A stretch of 64,000 nt of DNA, taken from contig NC_092679.1 in NCBI RefSeq assembly GCF_964355755.1, forward strand, positions 1,890,201 through 1,954,200, read 5' to 3'. Position numbers and translations under genes: made by a program. Position 1 is the stretch's first letter; each line of letters starts with the position of its first letter. Under the pieces are notes generated by a model. The model saw only the letters and a list, made by a program, of their open reading frames with translations. It made no database searches and was not told the origin of the DNA. Below, piece after piece: positions 53,066-64,000 of the stretch. This DNA comes from Antedon mediterranea (Eukaryota; Animalia; Echinodermata).

Positions 53066-55752
53066 ATGAATTAAAATTAACAACATACAATGTTCATACA
53101 AGATAATGAAAATATAAGTCAAGTTAAAAGAAAGAAGTCTTCATGAGCTTGAACAAACCAACCTTGCATTAAAATCGAAATGAATCATAAAAAATAAATT
53201 AAACCTAGTTCAAACTGTTGAATTTCATTAAAGCAAAGATTTACTCCACATTCATAATGAAGTTTGAACATACCATACCTCTTGGGAGAGCTTGCATTTT
53301 TTTTCTATAATATTATTTGTCTCGCTGGATGATTTTCTCAAATCGACCTTCTTAATTATAAATACACTAGAAACAGGTAAATCCAAATGTGTATCTAGGG
53401 GTCAAATCCCCATGGTTACTGTAATTCCTATGTATAATTATAGTAAATTCTATAGGTTTGAGGTTTCCATGGCAAAACAACCTGGATTAATATTCTCGTG
53501 AAATTTTCTGATTAAAATGTAATTAAAGAATATTTTAATGACACCTATAGGTATTATTTACTGTTGATTATTTAAAGTAATTATGTAAAGCTTTAAGTAT
53601 GGTTTTTTTTAGAAATATAATATTGCTATTTTTCGAATTTGTTATAATTTATTCCAATATTCCAATTCCATTCCAATTTTATGTACAGTAAAAAACAAAC
53701 ACAATCTAAAATGTACACAAAAACAAGCAAGAAAATGTAAATTTTATTGGGAATAATTTCTTTGAAAACTTGATAATAAAATCCAAAGAAATTTTTCAAT
53801 TCAATTCAACATTTAATTTCACCAAAACAGAAAAAAGTATATAGATAAATAAATATTAAGCATAGTAGTTTGAATGAAATAATAAAATCAAAAGAAATTT
53901 TGTTTCAAAATGTCTGTATTAAGTTTGTGAACTTAAAGTATGTTATAATAGGACTTTCACATAAACTTGTTCTGTGTCGTTTGGTCTGACTCACTGGTTA
54001 CCTGGTATGGGCTACATTTTATAAGATTAATGTCACACCTGCCTAGAATTGGTAGAAAATTACAAGTAGACCTCAAGCGGAGAAAGACCTTCTGGAACAC
54101 CGGTGTTGATGTTTCTGTTCTATCAAATTCAAATTGACTGTTTTAGATACAAATAAACGATGCAACACTCATGTTACGTTCTTGTTAGTCAAACAGCGAT
54201 GCCCAACGCAAGACAAACAGGTTCAGATGTAGTTGGGTTGTCTACGATTCAGCGACAAACTTCATTCATTTAAGATTACTTTGGATTTTAATACTTGACG
54301 TTGATTTAGAACATGTGCTTATTATGGTAAGTGTTAAAAACAACGCATCTTTACTGTAGAACACTATTTTACCACGATTATACTCAGCTATTTTTTGAGT
54401 CATCCATTCAGTAGAATACTTTTTCCCTGGAGGCGACAGAAATATTAAACTGCCACAGGCTAACAAATTTATCCATAATTTGAAAATTATTATAACATAT
54501 TTTTTAACTGTGACAATCAAACGTGGAAGAGAAACGCTTAAAGTTTTCTTCAATTTGTGAAGTAATATTCTTGTTTTTAGTGACTAATACCAAATTAGGG
54601 AACAAGTCATGTACCTGAAAGGGATTTGTGTTCATTCGATATCATGCAACAATTATCTACATCATGTTCTAGGTAACAGAACACCGAAAATGTGCCTTTT
54701 ATTTAAATCTAAAAACATGTTGAATATATTTGATCAAAGACAATTGTGAAAGATAATGATCGTGAAATGCATTTTGTTAAGTGGCTGCTGCCCCTGGCCT
54801 TGTTTTTTGTGCGTCTACTTTGTATTCATTTATATGCGTATATTGTAAAAGATATTCAAATATTGCATTATTGGATAATATCTAGAAAGTGAGTCAATAA
54901 AATAATCAGAAGAAGTAATAAGTTTCCATAAAGCCATAAGTTATTACCAGCATTAGATATGGTAGTGCCCTATTATTAATAGTGTGTGTTTTTTGTGCAA
55001 CAAAAAGCATTTTAAATATGATTTTTGTTATGTAAGAGCATGGTGGTACTCCATGGTAAGGGCTAAAACTTTTGTCTGCTGTTAACTGCTGGTCCTACTA
55101 TGTCAACCTTGTTTAATTTTCAATTTTTAACATTTTTATTATCAATTTATTACTTTTGTATGTTATTTTTAGGATTAATCATACTTTAATTATCAATATC
55201 ATTGTCATTTATAAACGTCGTCATTATCTTCAATTTCAAACATAACCATGTTGACCACTTCAGAACAGAAACATTGAATGTTGAGAAGCACTGTGATAGG
55301 AATGTGAAATATTGTCAACAATATTTATTGTATGTTGCCTACAGCTGTTGCTATGGTAATAGACAACAGTGGGTATGTGGACAGTTGTCAGTTTGTACCC
55401 AGGTACCTACTATCTATGATTGATTTATTAAATACCAATAACATCTATCACTCATGCACTGGAAGATATTCTGTCACTTCCAAATAAGGTATGTGATCTT
55501 TATCACTGATGAAAAATTGATCAGCTTGTTTGGGACATTTTATTTCTCAAGAAGTGTACATACTTTGAAGTTCTTTTTCTGCAAGTTGTAAATATCTATT
55601 CACTTCAGAATAGCATAATAATGCATTAACTGTACTATTGCACCTAAATCGTATTAACTATAACTACAAGAGATAGAAGTTTTGAATCTTTTGAATCCGT
55701 ACAGGAGGTTGTTCCCCTTTTTTAGACCACCGTCCGCGTCACTTTTGAATGC

Positions 55753-55885
55753 AGTAGCGGATCCAGGATTTTGAATGGGGCCTAGGGCCTAAAAGTAGTG
55801 AAATAAAGTTCTGAACTTAATTTGATGTCCTATCTTTTGCATTACAATTTGTGAAATTTAGGGGGGGTCTCACTCCCCCCTGGAA
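55753..55885. mobile_element. Degenerate hAT-like MITE; related fragment at 59765-59832
   Basis: CAGTAGCGGATCCAGGATTTT-type end; AAAGTTCTGAA...TGTCCTATCTT...TTACAATTTGTGAAATTTAG shared with 59765. Confidence 0.5.
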
Positions 55886-56917
55886 TGGAACAATAATGTA
55901 ATGTAAAGTGGTCAATGTTAGTTGTTCTGGCTTAATCATGGTACTTCAGTAAACTATGTACTGAACATAGTATCTACATAAGTACATGTGCTGACCTTAA
56001 GTACATAGGTATGATTACCTTCATCTTTAGATTAAAATTATGTTTGAGGAATGTTGAAGTGGTGTATGACAGTAATTCAATTACTTGATACCAACTTCCT
56101 ACTGTGTGATTGGCATTCATGGTAAAAATAATGCAGTGCATTAGTGTGTATAGCTTTATTGATGGTTTAGGTTCGTATCTCAAATATGGTCCATTGTTTT
56201 ATAATAGCATTTATTATTCAGGTATGTTTAATATTAATATTGAATAAAATGATTTTTGAATGTGATGTATGATTCTTTCTTGGTTGAAGCTACTTACCAA
56301 GAAATAAGCATGTGCTTTTAGCATGGAAAAGTAAGTCATGGTGATGATTAATTAAATTTATGTGATTTATTGTTATTATAATTATTATTTCTTGAAAACC
56401 AAATTATTTTTAGAAGTTGACCTTGTGCTACGTATTGTATGTATCTTAAATTTGTTTCCCCACAAACATAAAAGAACATTGAAAACCAGAATAACGTGTT
56501 CAAAGATTAAAACTTTAATATAATTTCAGTCTAATACCCTTGAACTGATGACATCGTTCGTACTCTTCAAATGAAAGTACAAGTTGGTCAAATTAAATCT
56601 TTATTTTATTCTTATTACAAATTTTCCCTGGTGAACCGTTTCATTCCAAGGAGTTATGAACTTTTGATCTTTAGTTGCAACCGCTAATTTAAGCCCTTTG
56701 TGTCGGAAGGCTGTCACACTGGTCCCAATCCAATAGTTTGTGGTCACAGGGAACATGATAACTTCTGATCCAAACATAATATACACCATGTTGGGAAGGT
56801 TTCAATTATTTAAAACATCACAGTAAAGACTGACATAAATCAGCATTGACAATAATCAAAAAGAATTTTATTTAAAGTTATTTTATTTTGCTAATGTTTT
56901 TGCTAATTCATTATAGT

Positions 56918-57105
56918 GGAGCTGTAGCTTGGTGGTTAACATGCTTGCCTTTCAATCCCAAGGTCCAGGGTTCAATCCTGACCTAGTGCCAGGGTTCAAT
57001 CCTGACCTAGTGCCAGGGTTGTAACTCACGACTCTTTCCACTTCACGCCCTAACCCTCAATAAATTATTAAATAGATCTGTAAGTGTAATTGGCGAATTA
57101 CTTAA
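56918..57105 (+). mobile_element. tRNA-derived SINE with duplicated B-box segment
   Basis: A box TAGCTTGGTGG, B box GGGTTCAATCC; CCAGGGTTCAATCCTGACCTAGTG repeated in tandem. Confidence 0.7.
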
Positions 57106-57297
57106 AAATGATTTTGATTGTATCAAATGAGTTTTAAAAAAACTCCTCCAAAAATACCCTCCTTCCCCTTTCCCAATGTTATCTATTTAATTAAAGATGA
57201 ATTTATATTTAAATTCAACAAGATTAATGTTTGAAATAGGGTTATGTGTAGAAGCCAGCACATACAACATTCATTTAGTCTTTTTTATCGCTTCTTA

Positions 57298-57454
57298 AGC
57301 TCTTTCTACACTATCAAACATTATGTGACAAAAAATTTGATCTTCCCATGGACATGATGATGTCGTATCACTACCATATTTGGGCATATCACTACCATAT
57401 TTGGGAACATCACACTTTTTTTAGTCAAAATAGTTTGATAGTGTAGACAGAGCT
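57298..57454. mobile_element. MITE family A
   Basis: AGCTCTTTCTACACTATCAAAC...AGTTTGATAGTGTAGACAGAGCT. Confidence 0.85.
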
Positions 57455-57919
57455 AAGATTCTACACAATTCCTATTGATAAACTCTGGATAAACTACAGT
57501 ACATAATATGAAAGGATGCTTGATCAATCAATGAGACCTCGTTTAAAAGCATTTAAAAACGTGAAGAATTAATCACTGGTTAACTACTGTATCGCAATTA
57601 ATCGGTCGACGCTTTATTGAAAATTATGTTTTCATCTGACGTTTACATGCAGACTTTAATGGCAGGAAATTGAAACGATTCTGTTAATAATAGCAATTGG
57701 TATCAAATCTGAATGGATGTTTACATTATCTTAATTTGAACACTTTATTACTGCCTTAGTCACTCTATGCATTCATAAATACAATCAAAATCTTTACTAT
57801 TTTCTTGTGTTACTACAAAGTTATAAGTCCGGTTACAAGATAAGATTGAAAAGTTTTTTTCAAAGAGCCTTGATAAAAAGGGTGCTATAGAAATAAGGTA
57901 TAGTTAATAAGACAGCAGA

Positions 57920-58270
57920 ACTTAAGGCAAGGGTTCGAGGCTCATTCGGTCCATAGTACTCGTGGTAGAACAAGTTATCTCAGGACTGTATGCCATAGTT
58001 CTAATAAAATACTTGTGTGCGTTCACTTTACACATTTTGAGACGAGTGTGGCGGGTCAACCTGGTAGGTATACTACTGTAGCTCACACAGTCACTGTCAT
58101 GAACAGATGAGAGACCATCTGAATAGGCATCACTGACATGACGCAACCCGTAGGGAAGAACTTAAAAACCTTCATCTTATGTGTAATACCTATCAGAGCC
58201 TCAGCTACCACTTAAATTGCACGGCAGTTCAATTTTCTGAGATACTTCTAAATTTGTGATAGTCTTGTTT
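57920..58270 (-). mobile_element. Possible decayed 3' end of a CR1/L2-type LINE ORF2
   Basis: Minus-strand peptide PTRLTRHTRLKMCKVNAHKYFIRT resembles the TR..H.....N..KYSFF.RT tail of CR1/L2 reverse-transcriptase ORFs; heavily disrupted. Confidence 0.35.
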
Positions 58271-61200
58271 TTGATTCTCTTCTTCCTATAGCTACTCTTC
58301 CTGAACTGCAGGATACCCCGTCATCTTGTGCGATATTAGACAGCACAAATAAATAATCAGCCTTCGTGGCAAATGCTAAGATAATTCGTAGATCATATGA
58401 CAATTAAAGTTACCCAGCCGAGGAGCATTTCACAAGATAAGCATGTCTTTGATGCGTACTTAACGACTGCCGTGCCAAGTGGTTACATGTTTAGATTGGT
58501 ACTTACTCAACTGTTCCAATGCTAGTTGCGTATCTATATTCTGTTATGATTACCGGTGGGCAGTACGAAAGTCACAAGGTTATTGGCAGCTGTCATTCAA
58601 ACGTAGGATGACCTACATTGTTAACTATATAATCAGGGTTACATTGTTGATTGACATATTATATATTGATTAACCTTATCTTATCTTGTTAATTAATTAG
58701 CATACACTTAAGCATGGAATGTCTGAATGTGAGCACCTACTGTCCCTAAGTATTACCATTCTCAAAATATTAATGGGATTTTTTTTTTCCGAATTGCAAT
58801 TACTATTTTAGTATTTGAAATATATCATTGTCTTAGCCATAAACAGAGCTTTTAGTTTCTTAGTCACATATCCATATTGTACGTTTCCTTCCTCTGCCAC
58901 TGGATGCATGAGACTCTAAATGAGATGCCGGTCAATCATAGTTAGCATGTCGTTGCCCATAAACACATAACGAACAAGGCTCTAATGCAATCCCTATGTG
59001 ATATAATGTAGTATGCTATGTAGGCTGTTCATGCGTTATGGGAACTAAAAAATAAAAAGTGCATGCCTTGATTGGCTAGAGTACACACATAATAGTGCAT
59101 CATTACTTATGTTCACTGACCAACCAGACTGTTACCATGCATAATGAATTACATTGAAAATGCGTGATCATGTACTTTACACGATGATCTCAGTATCACA
59201 TTGCTCTTTTACCAAATCAATCAAACTCGCAGGAATGATCAGAATTGATGAAGACTTTCTTGCACTTTGGAATGTTGTTATTACAACATGCACAAGAATC
59301 TTATGAAGATCAGTAGAGGCATATTTTAACTTTATAGCTCGTTCAGAAGTCCGGTGTTTATAAGATTGGACGCCGCCGATTGTGAGGTGTCTACACTTGA
59401 AGATCATAAATTGATTGATGCAGCCGTTCTTGTTTCCCTCAGAAGCAAGGGATGGTTTAATGAATGATAGATTAACGTTGTTATTTATTACATAACTTGT
59501 CTTAGCAATCAGTCTACTAACTTACTGTAGTAGTAGTACTGAAAAAATGAACTAAACAAATCAAAACTGGTCAAAGCATTGAGATGTCAATGATCAAGGT
59601 ATCCAAGAAGATAATTTTTTAAGTGATCTTAAAGTGGCAGATTTTGTAAATAGGGCCTAAACATGAAAGTCTTTCTGATTTATACGACCCTCCCCTTTCT
59701 TCATTGTATTTATTATCGTGTATGTTATTATATTGTGGAAATAAAATTAAATTGAAAGTTTATATAAAGTTCTGAAATTAATTTTAATGTCCTATCTTAA
59801 TTATATTACAATTTGTGAAATTTAGAGGGGGCTCATGTAGCTGCCATTAGTTAAGGGAGGAAAGGAGTGGTGGGTGGGGTTATGGGGAGCCTGTGAGTGA
59901 TGATAGCTTTCTATCTAATAAATCAGAAATAAAGACAAGCAATCAATGATTATTGAGGGCTTGTCATTGGTGAATTTATGATCTGAACTATGCTTGTGAC
60001 CTACATAGACATTTGAACTTGGTTGCTTCTGGCTATATCTGAATGAACTCATCAAATTTGATGTATTCATCAAATCTACATTATTAATAGTTATTAAAAG
60101 AAAAAAAAGTATGTACAGTAACATAAATATCGTTTTTCAATAAGAAATATGATTTTTCATAATAGTTTTCCATCTGATTTACAGTCGAGTAAAGTAGATG
60201 AACGGTTAAGAAAGGGGTGCGGTTAGAAAGGGGTGCCGCAAACCATGGCCATAAAATTGGCACATCTACTATACTAGAATTCCGTGTCTATTGGTTCTGG
60301 TAGTTTAGATTCTTTAACTGGAGGTCCAATGTACACATTTGACTCATGTGTACTTGAACTCAACTTTCAAAATAGTAGAGGATTATCCAGGTGTACCGAT
60401 CCATACTGCCATTTTGGACATGCTAAAATGACTTGCATTGTGTATAAATCCTTGTGGTGTGTTACCTTATAATTCAGCTCACCATTCAGCTCTATGGTGG
60501 TGTACTTTTAAAGAGGCCATCATGTCCCAATTAGTAAAATTAAGTAAGATGTTTTCAATCGTTTATTGAGTTCAAAACTGAGCAGACAAATTGAAACAGT
60601 TTTTTTTTTCTTTACAATTGCTAGCAATGTTTTTAAGCCCTTTAAGGCAAAATCATCTGAGAATGTACTTTTTTTGATGGAAAAATTGTTTTTTTACAGA
60701 ATGTACAATTGCACTTGATTAATTTCTCTCTAAATAGGATGAAAGTAATGGAGTGTTCCATTGATTACATTTGTCATGTTTCTAGGAGCAATCATTTTTT
60801 AAATAACAAATCATTATTTTAATTAGACAAAATTTATTTGAAATTAAGAATGTCAGTAACAATGTAAGCATACATTATTCCTGGAAAAAAGGGATTTTAG
60901 TGGAAGGTAAGATTTTAAAATAAGATAAAACAAGATCACTTTATAATTATCATTTGTCTGCAAATTACGAGGCTCATCTTTTACTGTACACAAAAAATAT
61001 AAAGTTAAAACATTAATACAGAAACAATAATATAAAAATTAAAAGCAAATAATTATACAATATTCCATAGCAAGTTATCAATTAGGTATTTTTTAAATTA
61101 AAATTATTGTATAACTAGGCTACTTTGTGTATGAATATCACTATTTTATTTTTTAGGCTATATGGCGCTTGACCTTTGACAAGATCGCCTAAAATTTATA

Positions 61201-61649
61201 ATTTAAATCTACGATACTTAGTATTGTATATTCAGGAATAGCCGCTCCATAGTCTCTTTGCTTTTCTTCCTTATATCTTATTCTTATTAACTCAAAATTA
61301 TTTTTACTAACAAACATTACTATTTGTATGCCTAGTGTGTAAACATTATTGACATAATTTCATAAACATCTTCATGTCGTACAACTACTCGTAACATTTT
61401 TTCTCAACTTTCTATCATCTAAAAGTCGTAGTTAGTCATGCCTCGGGTCACATTCTATGGTCACCGTACAGGTAGGCTACTACATTAGTACTTCTATGAA
61501 TGGATGACTAGCCGGTGACAATAACGCTAGTTGGTCATACCCAGTACCGTTTTGATTTTACGATCATTCGGGAAACCACCTCACGACGGTATGGTGATTG
61601 ATTTTATATCATAGTCAAAGTGGTATGGTACAGTAGCTTAAAAATCAAG

Positions 61650-61781
61650 ACTTTCTGTCTATACAATCAAATCAGTTTGACAAAAAAAGTGTGATGTTCT
61701 CAGATATGGTATCTCATCATCTCATCATCATGTCCATCACATTTGTTTGTCACATGAAGTTTGATAGTGTAAACAGAGCCT
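61650..61781. mobile_element. MITE family A (diverged)
   Basis: CTGTCTATACAATCAAATCAGTTTGAC...AGTTTGATAGTGTAAACAGAGCC. Confidence 0.7.
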
Positions 61782-63790
61782 TACATTTTATACCCTTGTC
61801 ATATTCCACTCTATTCCATTATTCTTTGTAATTAGACAAATGAAAGTTCTTTCAAAACAAGTTTTTAAATAGGTATAAGTTAAAGTAAGTATGATGCTCA
61901 GAGCCTTGAAGCGGATACATTTAATATCTCTGCTGCTAATGGACTAAAAGGTACTCATGTTCTTCTTCTATTAATTCATATTTACTATCAAGATTAGTCA
62001 GACTTCATTTCAGTGAGTTGAAAAGGACATGGTTTTACAATTAAAGACAAGAATTCACAGAGAATTATGATGGATATGAGTTCATGTACAGGGTTTAATC
62101 AACTTACAGTACAGTGTATAGTTTTATTTTTAAGAATGTTGTTACTATGTAGTAGAATAAAACTTTAATAATATGTATTGATAAATAATATCACATTTGC
62201 ACTACTCTAACGTAATTTGTACTTTGTACATTAGTACATTGAGAACATTTCCAAAAAAAATCGCAAGTAATTCTCAGGTGGGACTCAAACCCACGACCTC
62301 CATATCAAATTGATAGAGATAAGCCAGGCATAAACCCTCCTCCCTACTCCCACTCCTTTCCCACCCACCCCTAAATTCTGAATATTACAATGCAATAGAT
62401 AGAACATAGGTTATTTAAGTTTAGCACTCAGAAAACATGTTTGCACTGCCGCATCTCACATCCCTATTTCCAAATCCTATGTCCGCCAATATGTCACCAC
62501 AATATAACATATATATAGCCATTCACTCATATTATAATCTCATAATAATAATAACTATTTCCATAAATGTTCTATTCATACTACATTCAACCTAATATGC
62601 CCATGGTCAGTTTTTAAATATTGAAAATATTTCTTAGTGCTCATAACAAGTTTCACACTGTGAAAGTACATTTGTATGTTCTTAACATGGCTAGAAATGA
62701 CACCATTAATATATTGTTTCAGCTGTGTGTTCAAAGTACCTCCAACGAGCTAAAGAAAACAATTAACCATAGAATACTTGTCATTCTTTTGTTGAATTCA
62801 CACTATTGGTTGTTGAAAGAAGTTTGTCAAAAAAACAGGAACTTGTTCAGAAAATGGTTTACAAATTTTACCACAATTATTTGAAAGCAGAATAACATGA
62901 CCATTTTAACAGACATAACAATAATAAACTTTTCCCTTTACCTAAAAAACTCTAGTTGTATTCGTTTTTCCCTTATTTTTATTTTAGGCAAGCCAATTAT
63001 TTGAACAATAATTTCCATTATATCTACAAAGTGGTGTGTTTAGATTGAACCTTGTATTTCCCTACCCAGTCTTCTCTCCCTTTCACCCCCTCCTTCGGCT
63101 TTCCTTCTTCGTAAAGGACAACAACTTGAATGTAGCTTTTAACTTTTTCTTGGCACGTGTCTCTTGACCATTTATCGTTTTCTAATGGATATCTCTGCCA
63201 GCAATGTTTATGTAAGTTCATAGTAAAAGCAATAAACTGGGTAGTGTGACTGGCCATATCTTTAGTCAACTCAGATATGCTATATGTAAACACAATTTAT
63301 ATTTTGAAGGTAATTGGACAGTTTGAAGACTCCAGAGCATGTATGTGAGGCGGCTTTTGACAGCCTAGATTGCCTAGGGATGTTTTCCATAGCTAGAAGG
63401 TTGCTTGGGATGTTTTTTCTTGCCTATTTTTTAGAGCTCCAGAGTATAAATGCTTCAAAACACTTTTAGATTGTGTGGGTGTCCAAGAATACTTTTTCAC
63501 AATCTTCATTAATAATTAAAAAACCAAATCTTAGATGATTGGTTTGCTCCATTCTATTCTAATGATATATAAATAATATTTATTATAATTACACATATTG
63601 TTAGTATATTAGGTTCATTTACCTAATATGGTCATGTTGGGTTATTTTCATTTTGGTATTTTGTAAGAATAAAGTTTTTTAAATAGTGCCCTCTATTGTT
63701 TTTGAACTTTTGATAGTACTGTTTCTGAACTTTTGATAGTACTGTTTCTGCTGCTCAATAATAGTATTTTGCAGAGTTTATTGGTTTCAT

Positions 63791-63900
63791 AGACCCCATT
63801 TACACTTTCGTTTGGGTCCAGGGCCGGTCCTGGGTCGGTCCTGGGCCGGTTGCAAATATTTACTTTTTAGGCCGGCCCAGAGCGTTTACACTACCGACGC
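63791..63900. mobile_element. Left end of a Harbinger-like element
   Basis: AGACCCCATTTACACT end followed by GC-rich GGG(C/T)CGGTCCT repeats; partner end not seen. Confidence 0.4.
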
Positions 63901-64000
63901 AGATTACTGGTCGTAAATAATTTTATCGGAAGTACCATTGCATGCTAGGATACGAAGTACAGTTTGTTTACATTTTTCTCTCTCGATCGTCAATTCAACT

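Noticed and set aside
52404-53122. Met-rich, Asp/Asn-rich and Ser/Leu-rich ORFs
   Set aside because: Translations of an 18/21-bp minisatellite in several frames; no splice or start context.
58312-58356. Candidate second KIF26 exon (CAG|GATACC...)
   Set aside because: In-frame stop after 14 codons and no similarity to the expected downstream KIF26 sequence.
63024-63293. Isolated minus-strand ORFs in the large intron (also 54266-54553, 56601-56789, 59177-59407)
   Set aside because: Short, no recognisable domain and no consistent exon chain; they cannot be supported as genes.

Overview
AT-rich, intron-containing animal genomic DNA. It is probably a marine invertebrate and possibly an echinoderm; the taxon is inferred, not determinable here. 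I spliced four complete genes and one partial gene by hand. (1) GNPAT/DHAPAT: minus strand, 14 coding exons, 676 aa, ending in the peroxisomal PTS1 AKL. (2) Head-to-head with it across a very short shared promoter, a 26-exon, 1001-aa signal-peptide + TPR-like + alpha/beta serine hydrolase of an uncharacterised family. (3, 4) Two tandem, intronless, highly divergent rhodopsin-class GPCRs. (5) The first coding exon of a KIF26-like kinesin, followed by an intron of more than 25 kb that runs off the window. Non-coding DNA holds many MITEs (PIF/Harbinger-like, Tc1/mariner-like, Mutator-like, one nested), tRNA-derived SINEs and mini/microsatellites. Notable observations: the GNPAT/hydrolase bidirectional pair, a possible spliced uORF overlapping the GNPAT start, non-canonical GPCR motifs, a strong excess of the palindrome TAGGCCTA, and a CpG-rich versus CpG-poor mosaic. 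No prokaryotic system, CRISPR array, rRNA or bona fide tRNA was seen. No database search was run; family names come from motif recognition.
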